Positions 56,766 to 64,000 of a stretch of DNA of 64,000 nucleotides are shown in pieces. The position numbers and the translations under genes were made by a program. Below the pieces are notes generated by a model. That model worked only from the letters and a program-made list of their open reading frames with translations, made no database searches and was not told the DNA's origin. Each line of letters begins with the position of its first letter. The stretch's first letter is position 1. This stretch comes from a virus: positions 1 to 64,000 of the IMG/VR virus record IMGVR_UViG_3300038415_000014. The stretch is one strand, 5' to 3'.

Positions 56766-58958
56766 TCAATTCGACCCCACCATCAAGGCTCCTTGGAGCG
56801 GCAAACCAGTGATCCAGTCCAGGGATGGGGATCCTGGCGGCATCATCGGCGTTCCACGTGAAACACCGAGGACTGCCGTTGGTCCCCCAATCTGGACCCG
56901 AGGAGCAGTCAGCATGATGATGGTCGATGCTGTCAAGTTCATCGCCAACCCGGCTGTAATCGCAACCGCTCCGAGTCCGGCCGTCATCGAGATGGCGCCT
57001 GCGCCGGTGGAAAGGGTCACAGCTCCAACCCCAGTGGTAACAGAAATGGCGCCAGTACCAACCGTGACTGAGTATGCTCCCGCGGGACAGTTTACGGCTA
57101 TGGCTCCGGCGGCTACCGTAGTGGTCTTTGCGCCCGCGACGATGTTCTCGATATGGCCGCCCGCGAGGATCGTACAGAGCTTTCCGCCTAAGGCCACCGT
57201 CTCTTGGTAGATGAGGGCATAGTAGTTCTGAGTCTTCCCCGAGATAGTGGCGTTCCACCCGCCCACATTGACATTCAGACCGTTCAACCCGTGGAGGTTG
57301 ATGGTACTTGCCTTGGTCGTGTGACTACCATCTACGGTCTTCTGGTAGCTCCCCTGGACCACCTGGATGTCGGTTCCCGAGATGTTGACCTCGTTGTTCC
57401 CCTGGACGTCGACACTGTGGGCGACATCATCAACAGAGTTCGATCCCCCTCGGAAGATGTTCTTGATGGCCCCTCGATAGTTCGTCGTAATGCATTGGCC
57501 ATTGGCATCGGACCCGACGTCGAGGAAGATCCCACCGTCGCAGGTGAGATGAATCGAGTACTTCTCCGGTGTGTTGGCGCCTATCCGAGCCTTGAGGCAG
57601 CCTTCTAGGTTGGCCTCAACCGAGATGTTCTTCGACGAGTAGTTCTCGTTGGAAGAAGCCGGGATGTTTGCGAACAACTTCCCCTGCTTCGAGACCGCAA
57701 TCGCGAATGGGCTCCTTGATACGCCCCTCGGGGGAGAGATCTTGAATAGGTAGGCCGCAGCCATCGTCAGGGCCTCGTCCACCGTGGTGCTCGGCGGGCG
57801 GAGACACTCCTCCATCACGAACCCGGCCCCTGGAACGCCTATCTGGTCAAAGGACTCAAAGATCTTTGGTTTCAGGACCTTACCGTACTGGCGCTGACCC
57901 AGCGTAGAGAACGGGTCATTCCCAACTACGGTCCCAAGGACATACTCGATGTACGCGCGAGGGCGGTCCATGCCGAACCCATCGATCTCCTCAAGCACCT
58001 CTTGAGTCAGGTCCGTGTCGTGTCGAACCTCTATCCGGCGCTCAGTAAAAGCCCTGAGAGATCCACCGTTTAGTGGGTCCTCAAAGTTGATAGCCGCGTT
58101 GCCTGAGGCATAGAAGACTTGGCGCCCATTGGAGAAGGTCAGTGACGGGAACTCGGTCTCGTCATTGATACGGTCGAGAGCCTTGTGGGTAGTCGGGTCG
58201 ACGAAGGTTGACCCAGTAACACCAGCCGCAGACAGATCATCTCGACCAAAGTATCGAGAGTCTTGTCCTCGAACTACGTTGGTGATCGCCCCGTTGGCAT
58301 CCGTCTGGAAGATCTCCAGGGGCAGGTTCATGGCCCCTCGCCGGACAGCCCCAGAGAACATGTAGGCAGCCGAGTCTGACTCCGCTCGATGAAGGGCCTG
58401 AGTGACTAGGGTTCGGTCAACATCCCGCAGCTCGAAGCTGTCACCCCCACGGTTGAAGAAGCGAACATCCTGGGACAGCTGCATCTCGGCCCCGTCCGAC
58501 GACATCCCAATGATGTCCCCAGAGCGCCCCTTGATGCGCTTGTACCTGGTGGTCGGGCCGTAGACCTTGGTAACATCGTCCACGTCCTCAGCATCAAGCT
58601 CACCAGGAGGGACCGGGGCAAAGGGGTCGAACTTCAGTCCAAGCTTGTTCCCTACCGGGATATACCCAAGAATTACTGCATCATAGAGCTGCTTGGTGCG
58701 CCGCCGATATCCGATGATGACCACAGAACCGACTTCAGGAATCCCACCAAGGAAGCTACGCGGGCCTGCCATGGGTTGGGTCAAGTCCAACTCGAAGCGG
58801 TTCCCGGACCCGGTGATGATCTTAACGTCAGCTTTGAGGTTCAGCTCATCTACTCGCGTGATGATCCCAACCTTCAGCGTGGCATGAGGGTTGTCATTGC
58901 TGGCAAAGTCACTGTTCGGGACTTTGCCATAGGGGATGTTGGGACCTAGATGGGGCAT
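56766..58958 (-). CDS. Baseplate central spike, gp5/VgrG/gpV-like
   Basis: N-terminal OB-fold (VGIITRVDE...IPEVGSVVIIGY) and C-terminal beta-helix repeats (VDVQGNNEVNISGTDIQVVQGSYQKTVDG). Confidence 0.85.
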   Translation of the reverse strand: MPHLGPNIPYGKVPNSDFASNDNPHATLKVGIITRVDELNLKADVKIITGSGNRFELDLTQPMAGPRSFLGGIPEVGSVVIIGYRRRTKQLYDAVILGYIPVGNKLGLKFDPFAPVPPGELDAEDVDDVTKVYGPTTRYKRIKGRSGDIIGMSSDGAEMQLSQDVRFFNRGGDSFELRDVDRTLVTQALHRAESDSAAYMFSGAVRRGAMNLPLEIFQTDANGAITNVVRGQDSRYFGRDDLSAAGVTGSTFVDPTTHKALDRINDETEFPSLTFSNGRQVFYASGNAAINFEDPLNGGSLRAFTERRIEVRHDTDLTQEVLEEIDGFGMDRPRAYIEYVLGTVVGNDPFSTLGQRQYGKVLKPKIFESFDQIGVPGAGFVMEECLRPPSTTVDEALTMAAAYLFKISPPRGVSRSPFAIAVSKQGKLFANIPASSNENYSSKNISVEANLEGCLKARIGANTPEKYSIHLTCDGGIFLDVGSDANGQCITTNYRGAIKNIFRGGSNSVDDVAHSVDVQGNNEVNISGTDIQVVQGSYQKTVDGSHTTKASTINLHGLNGLNVNVGGWNATISGKTQNYYALIYQETVALGGKLCTILAGGHIENIVAGAKTTTVAAGAIAVNCPAGAYSVTVGTGAISVTTGVGAVTLSTGAGAISMTAGLGAVAITAGLAMNLTASTIIMLTAPRVQIGGPTAVLGVSRGTPMMPPGSPSLDWITGLPLQGALMVGSN
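56850..56865. promoter_or_regulatory. parS-like palindrome inside the spike gene
   Basis: CGTTCCACGTGAAACA matches the bacterial parS consensus TGTTNCACGTGAAACA at all but the first position. Confidence 0.35.
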
Positions 58959-58960
58959 GA

Positions 58961-61900
58961 TTATCCAAGCTGATTCAATTGAAGCTGTAGATTGGCTATG
59001 GTCTGAGGATCACCCTTGTTGGCTTGTAGGTTGGCTATCTGCTGAGATAACTGAGCTTTCTTTTGGTTCTTCTGTAGGTTGGACCCAAAACTTGAGAACG
59101 CCTGTGACAGGTTGTTTCTAGATGACACCGCCTGTTGAGCTGTAGCTACAGGATCCCCCAAGGCTGCTCTATTAGGAGAAGAGAACGGTGGTGCAAAGTT
59201 CCCGTATGCTTGATCCTGAGCAGAGGTAGTGAACAGGTCAGGTTGTTTTCGAACATCTGGGGTTACCCCAGATGGGTCACCTCGTAGGGAGTTCTCCAGT
59301 TGCTGGTGAGGACCATCCAAAGCCTTGTAGAGAGTAGCCAAGTACTGTTCGACTCTTTGAAACACATCACTGGACTTGGCTATTGAGGGCAGGGGCTGGG
59401 TAAGATCTTCTTCAGCCAGTAGCGAGAACGAGGTGCTAGAGCCACCTGCCGTACTACTACCTTGAAGTGACTCACCAGCTGCTGAGGATGACTGGCTGAT
59501 AGAGCTAACTTGATAGCCCACATTGATGAAGGCCAAGTCGTCCCGTCCTGTTTGACAGCTACACTGAGGATCGCCAGGTACTAGGTCAGAACGAATCGTC
59601 ATCTCAGCCAGAGTTAGGGCGCGCGAGAGGGTCGAGGCCTCTACACTTGCGGGTACCCCTTGAGCTTCAGGAGACCCAAGAGGGGCGATGTCCACGAAGT
59701 TGTTCGAGGTTGATGTGAACTGAGGAGTCTTCAAACCATCCTGCCCAGTAACCAGGGCTGCAGCTGTCTGCACATCATCGGGAGTGAGCCGAGCTACGGT
59801 GTCAGCTGGGTTGGTATAGGCAGTCGTGACCGCCGTAATGCCCTGGGATTGAGCATTGAGCGTGGACAAGAGGTCACCCGCGAGAGCCAACTGAACCCCC
59901 ACTTGCACAGAAGTGTTCTTGCCCCCTGGGTTGTAAATCAGAGACCCGTCACTTAGAGAGACTCCACGTCCGTACCTAAAGTGTCCGATAACCTCAAAAC
60001 CCCTCTCGTCAGAAACTGGACGAACCATGGTATTCGGGTTGTCGAGCTTAATCGTGGTATCCTTGAACGTAACGTTCGAAGTGTCCCCTGATACCGTGAT
60101 GTTCTTTGATGGCATCAAGGCAAACTGAGTGACGGACTTGTTCACATCATAGGCATAGACGTAGACACCTGCAGAATTGAGGCCATATGAGTACCTGTTG
60201 TGAGAATACTTGTTCTGGATGTTGGCCCACTTGTCTAGTGAAACTCTAACTTCGTCCAAGGCTTGTTGCTGTTCTTGTCGTTGCGCTACCTTGCTCTTGT
60301 TGGACTTACTCACTACGGTGTTGGTACCAGGATTCTTTTGACCGGCGACATTGGTATATGCTGAACGAGGGTCATAGGGTCTGGAGTAGACCATCACCAC
60401 ATTGGGGTACCCGACGATCTTGCCCGTTTTTGGGTGACGAAGAATCAGTGGTTGGTAGGGGTCAAGCGTCTTCGGGTCATCCGGATTGACATTGATAGGC
60501 GGCAAGGTTGCCGCATCCCCTAGATCCAACTTGAAGGAGGTTTGAGCTAGCTGACGGGTGGTGAGGGGCGATGTGGTAGCATCAGTCTGGGTAGTCACTA
60601 CCTTGGAATTCTGGTTGGTAGCAGACTTGGACTTAAGGGCCCCAGTGTTCAACGTGGAAATCCCTTTGGGTGCAACGAACTTCTGCCTACGCGCAGTGAG
60701 GGATAGTGATGTTGTTGTCCTACCCCCAAATTGAATGTTGTGGTTTAACCCACGGATGTACCAGATCTCGTCGAGAGGGGCGATGTAGACTGGGAACCCA
60801 AGACGAAGCTCAGGTCGATGAGGGATAGTGATAGTAGCCTGGTTGCGCTTGCTATTGATCCTATCGAGGATGTCCAACCCATGGTAGAACATCCGCATGG
60901 TATCGCCCATGAACTCAGACGGATAGGTGTGAGATCTCCAACCATACTTTCTAAGCAGGTGGTAGTCCGTGACGCTGGTGAACGGGGTGACCTCAGCTCC
61001 TAACCCATAGTCGATGCTACCTCCGAAGTTACCTTCGATGGTCAGCTGAGTGACTACCTCGGACTCAGAGTCCGTAAAGTCCCAATCGAGAATATCGATG
61101 TCCTGAATCCAAGAGATTGGCTTGTTGGATAGGATATCCAGATTGTAGAAGGGGGGCTTAAAGACGATGTCCCCAGTGACATCCATGTAGAACTCGAACC
61201 CTACTGCCTCCTTGCAGAGATTAGCAATTTCAAGCTTGGTCTGGTACTCTGACTGCCAGAAGTTGACCTCACCTGCTGAAGGAAATTGGGTCCTAAATGC
61301 AGTAACTCCTGGGTCAGTCGGGTCGAAGATCAGCTGAGCTGCCGCGGCCCCTCCGTTAGCATTTCTAACTGCATTGGCAATTGTTTGCTGTCCAGGAGTG
61401 GCCTTTCCTGACTTGTAGGCATGCGCAAGAGAGTCACCTCGGATGGCAATCCCATTGACCCCATAGAGCAGCAGGTTGGAGCGGATCTTAGTGAACCTGC
61501 TCTCCCAATACTGCATAATGTCGCCCATCGCCGCCCTGAAAGTGGCCTTCTGAGCTTGCTCCTTGGTCAAGCTTGTGAGCGACCCTGTGGCGACGATGGC
61601 ATCACCAAAAGCCATGTTGGACAGTGAGAAGATCGTATCATAGACGTTGGTCCCGTAGAGCGTGTTTCCAAAGATAGATCGGCCCAACTGAGGGTTGGCC
61701 CCGGTAAATGCCGGGTTGATATTCATCCTGCAGAGTTCCCACCACTTCAGGATGTCCGCACATTGAATGGTTACTGTATGCTCTCCGCCGGAGAAACTAC
61801 TCCCGACTTCGGTTACTAAACCCCAGAATAAGGGGTAATACTGGGGTAACCCCTCCAGTGTGTAGTAGCCTTTGGAGTAAATCTCGACCTCCATCATCGT

Positions 61901-62167
61901 CGTGATGACGGGGTTACCGTTGAAATAGAAGTCATCGAGCGTGTGGCGAGGAACACTCAGGCTGATGCTGGCGCTACCAGGGACGCTATCAATGTCGAGG
62001 TTCACCTGGATGCTCGTGATGTACTTGCCTAGGTCGAATTTTCTTTTACAGCTCGGGCAGCCAATTAGATCGGTCTCTCCATTGATGAAGACCATAGCAT
62101 CTGGCGCAATGGCTATTGTAGGCCTCAGATTAGGCTGGTAATTACCTTGGAATGGTCCGCGCGGCAT
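58961..62167 (-). CDS. Baseplate hub / tail protein (gp27 / Mu gp44 / P2 gpD-like), 1068 aa
   Basis: YITSIQVNLDIDSVPGSASISL, VTIQCADILKWW, FEFYMDVTGDIVFKPPFYN, IPHRPELRLGFPVYI; directly upstream of the spike. Confidence 0.8.
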   Translation of the reverse strand: MPRGPFQGNYQPNLRPTIAIAPDAMVFINGETDLIGCPSCKRKFDLGKYITSIQVNLDIDSVPGSASISLSVPRHTLDDFYFNGNPVITTMMEVEIYSKGYYTLEGLPQYYPLFWGLVTEVGSSFSGGEHTVTIQCADILKWWELCRMNINPAFTGANPQLGRSIFGNTLYGTNVYDTIFSLSNMAFGDAIVATGSLTSLTKEQAQKATFRAAMGDIMQYWESRFTKIRSNLLLYGVNGIAIRGDSLAHAYKSGKATPGQQTIANAVRNANGGAAAAQLIFDPTDPGVTAFRTQFPSAGEVNFWQSEYQTKLEIANLCKEAVGFEFYMDVTGDIVFKPPFYNLDILSNKPISWIQDIDILDWDFTDSESEVVTQLTIEGNFGGSIDYGLGAEVTPFTSVTDYHLLRKYGWRSHTYPSEFMGDTMRMFYHGLDILDRINSKRNQATITIPHRPELRLGFPVYIAPLDEIWYIRGLNHNIQFGGRTTTSLSLTARRQKFVAPKGISTLNTGALKSKSATNQNSKVVTTQTDATTSPLTTRQLAQTSFKLDLGDAATLPPINVNPDDPKTLDPYQPLILRHPKTGKIVGYPNVVMVYSRPYDPRSAYTNVAGQKNPGTNTVVSKSNKSKVAQRQEQQQALDEVRVSLDKWANIQNKYSHNRYSYGLNSAGVYVYAYDVNKSVTQFALMPSKNITVSGDTSNVTFKDTTIKLDNPNTMVRPVSDERGFEVIGHFRYGRGVSLSDGSLIYNPGGKNTSVQVGVQLALAGDLLSTLNAQSQGITAVTTAYTNPADTVARLTPDDVQTAAALVTGQDGLKTPQFTSTSNNFVDIAPLGSPEAQGVPASVEASTLSRALTLAEMTIRSDLVPGDPQCSCQTGRDDLAFINVGYQVSSISQSSSAAGESLQGSSTAGGSSTSFSLLAEEDLTQPLPSIAKSSDVFQRVEQYLATLYKALDGPHQQLENSLRGDPSGVTPDVRKQPDLFTTSAQDQAYGNFAPPFSSPNRAALGDPVATAQQAVSSRNNLSQAFSSFGSNLQKNQKKAQLSQQIANLQANKGDPQTIANLQLQLNQLG

Positions 62168-62170
62168 GAG

Positions 62171-63979
62171 TTAGGTACCACCTGTTGAGGGGTTACGAGC
62201 ATCGAAGCTTGCAGCTTCAGTAGCATTGAGGGAGGCGTAGACCGAAGGATCTAGCCCTGGTGGTAGAGCTACTTGACCCCCTCCAGTGTTTGAAACCAAA
62301 CTCTGATTGGAAGTTGTCGGTAGTGGCTGCACATTCTGCGCCGACTTGAGGACATTGAAGTCAGTTTCTGTAGGCCCATCCAGAAGGAATGTAGCCCTTA
62401 CAGTGAATTCAATGTTGTATTCCAACGAGTATGGGGTAGTGTCCGCCTCGGTGACATTGAAACTATCAAACGATCCAATGTACAAGGTGTTGTCATAGTA
62501 GATGTAGATCGACCCAACGAGTGACAATCTTGCCAGTAGGTTGTTCTTGATGGTTGTATCGTTGAAGGTGTTCACGAACAACCCACCGTTGTTCCTATAA
62601 AGTAGGTACAAGCTCAAGAAGTTCTGGTAACTAGCTGAGTACTGACGAGCCACGCGCGTTAGACCAGGGCCACCACCTAGATTGTTTGGGTCCTTGCTAG
62701 GTTGTGAGTCGATGGCAAAGAAGGCCGCGATCTTGCCCGAGAGGCTCATCTTGTCTTGTTGCTCACCCCAGTGTTCAATGATAGGGCCTTCTCGCGTGAA
62801 GTTCCCATCCGAGACAACCCTCTCAGAGCTGATCTTGAAGCTAGCTGGGTTGACTAGGAGACGCAACGGAGGTGTAGTCCGCATGATGTCCAGGGCCAGA
62901 GCAGTCATAGCCGCTTCAGCTTTCTGGGCATTCTGATATTGTTGACCGAGCTCGGTCTTGTTCAGGTCAACCCTATCGGCGGTCTTGTCGTCATTCTTCC
63001 GAGCTGCACTCGCGTTAGGTGAACCGTCGGTGTTCCAATCCCCATTGGAACCATCTTGAGGTTGGACCGCCTGGGCTAGCAATGGACAGTTAGCCCCATA
63101 GACAGAGCCAGAGTTGAACCGGTATTTATTCTGTGGAGTTAGACCCCTTCCACCATTGGTGCTAGACCCTGGAGACGTCATATCCATGTACTGAAACTGA
63201 GTCTGATTAAAGGCGCAACAATCAGGAGCACCTTTTGGGATGCCACTAGCATCACTTAGACTTACCCCTGTACCTTTCATACCATTCGCAACCTGGGACA
63301 AGTTAGCAGGGAACCCATCGTAATAACCCCTAACAGAAGCGGTGAAATACCCTGCTTGAGCCAAAGAGGTGATATACCCAAGGGCGTCCCCACTCTGAGC
63401 TGCAGTTACTGTATTTGGGCTATTAGTTACATGCCTGATGAAGGCCTGTGCTCCAGCTTGTGTGTTATCAAACGCCTTGTAGTAGTTGCCATCGGATGCC
63501 AAGTAACTAGGAGTGTTTGCTGGTGGGGTATTCCCATAATTGACCATATTCCCGAAGTTATTACTGTATGAGTTACCACTAGTCTCCCTGAGACACTGAG
63601 CAGTATAGAACTGAATCTCAGTTGGGGTAGGCTCAGTACCAGTCACAGCTCGATAAGCATCAGTCATAGTGCTGTAGAGTTGGGGTACAGAGAAGTGCGT
63701 CAGTCGGGCATCAGTGCTCTTAGGGTCTATAGGCGCTCCTGCTGGTGACTTGATACCCCCATTCAAGGCCCCAGATCCTTGATCTATTGAGTATCCAGCT
63801 GAAGTAATATATGGCCCACCTGCTGAACCACCAGGCCCCAAAGTCCCTCCAGCTGCTGTAGACTTGGGACCATTGAAGTCCAACTCCTGAGTTGGATACC
63901 CCTGAGTCGCGCCTATCGAGGCCGACCTGTCCAAAGTCTTTCCAGTGATATTCGCTGTAGGAGGGATGAGCCCAACCAC
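62171..63979 (-). CDS. Fusion: GH73-like peptidoglycan hydrolase plus tail-tube-initiator-like domain
   Basis: AQCLRETSG..NNFGNM..KAFDN..LAQAGYFTA (FlgJ/GH73-like); LRLLVNPASFKISSE..IEHWGEQQDKMSLSG (tube-fold-like). Confidence 0.7.
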   Translation of the reverse strand: MVGLIPPTANITGKTLDRSASIGATQGYPTQELDFNGPKSTAAGGTLGPGGSAGGPYITSAGYSIDQGSGALNGGIKSPAGAPIDPKSTDARLTHFSVPQLYSTMTDAYRAVTGTEPTPTEIQFYTAQCLRETSGNSYSNNFGNMVNYGNTPPANTPSYLASDGNYYKAFDNTQAGAQAFIRHVTNSPNTVTAAQSGDALGYITSLAQAGYFTASVRGYYDGFPANLSQVANGMKGTGVSLSDASGIPKGAPDCCAFNQTQFQYMDMTSPGSSTNGGRGLTPQNKYRFNSGSVYGANCPLLAQAVQPQDGSNGDWNTDGSPNASAARKNDDKTADRVDLNKTELGQQYQNAQKAEAAMTALALDIMRTTPPLRLLVNPASFKISSERVVSDGNFTREGPIIEHWGEQQDKMSLSGKIAAFFAIDSQPSKDPNNLGGGPGLTRVARQYSASYQNFLSLYLLYRNNGGLFVNTFNDTTIKNNLLARLSLVGSIYIYYDNTLYIGSFDSFNVTEADTTPYSLEYNIEFTVRATFLLDGPTETDFNVLKSAQNVQPLPTTSNQSLVSNTGGGQVALPPGLDPSVYASLNATEAASFDARNPSTGGT

Positions 63980-64000
63980 GAATAGCTTTGGATTAGCTTT

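Noticed and set aside
25842-57608. Longer plus-strand or alternate-frame ORFs in the track (e.g. 25842..26276, 29931..30464, 56698..57258, 56809..57210, 57204..57608)
   Set aside because: They lie wholly within well-supported minus-strand genes and are shadows of biased codon usage, with no motifs.
2790-58980. Possible late-promoter motif (TTTGATAGCTCG about 2800, CTTATCAGCTCG about 26465, TTCTATAGATTG about 36390, TGAATCAGCTTG about 58970)
   Set aside because: Too degenerate to call by eye; needs MEME and transcription start mapping.
1-64000. Alternative genetic code (stop reassignment), as in some large phages
   Set aside because: Genes tile tightly under code 11 and end in TAA, TAG and TGA; the only broken gene is explained by a single-base frameshift.

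Overview
The window is a 64-kb slice of a large contractile-tailed phage genome (myovirus-like Caudoviricetes, standard genetic code). Nearly every gene is on the minus strand and tightly coupled to its neighbours. From left to right it holds: (i) 1-6 kb, a cluster of small hypothetical proteins around a phage ClpX and a nitrilase-family hydrolase, plus a LAGLIDADG endonuclease; (ii) 8-16 kb, nucleotide-metabolism and accessory genes (HD-like DUF5662, ThyX, short RecA-fold ATPase, a frameshifted NT5C-type nucleotidase, and a DUF2997/DUF1257/Ycf46-type AAA trio); (iii) 16-25 kb, a replication module (family A DNA polymerase, stand-alone primase Zn finger, DnaB-like helicase, degenerate DnaC-like loader, SNF2 helicase); (iv) 25-28.4 kb, membrane and lipoproteins, including the only plus-strand gene, an RCC1-repeat lipoprotein of a type common in myxobacteria; (v) 28.5-64 kb, a baseplate/tail module (tail fibre, wedge I/J/gp25, VgrG/gp5-like spike, hub, GH73-tube fusion) interrupted by three free-standing homing endonucleases. 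The most notable signal is a shared terminal peptide tag, [ILVM]-x-x-[RN]-[VI]-x-x-R-[YF]. It has 10 exact copies and 1 near copy at the termini of 9 otherwise unrelated proteins, one of which is a 25-aa micro-ORF consisting almost only of the tag. A [KR]-x-A site usually lies between the tag and the protein body. This looks like a targeting-plus-cleavage system, encoded around a ClpX whose substrate-recognition RKH loop is remodelled. Other observations are a GGTGTA upstream element, a second C-terminal RYER-type tag, a 7-finger zinc array fused to an EndoVII nuclease, a start-duplicating GIY-YIG insertion and a parS-like site. All family assignments come from motif recognition by eye; no database searches were run.
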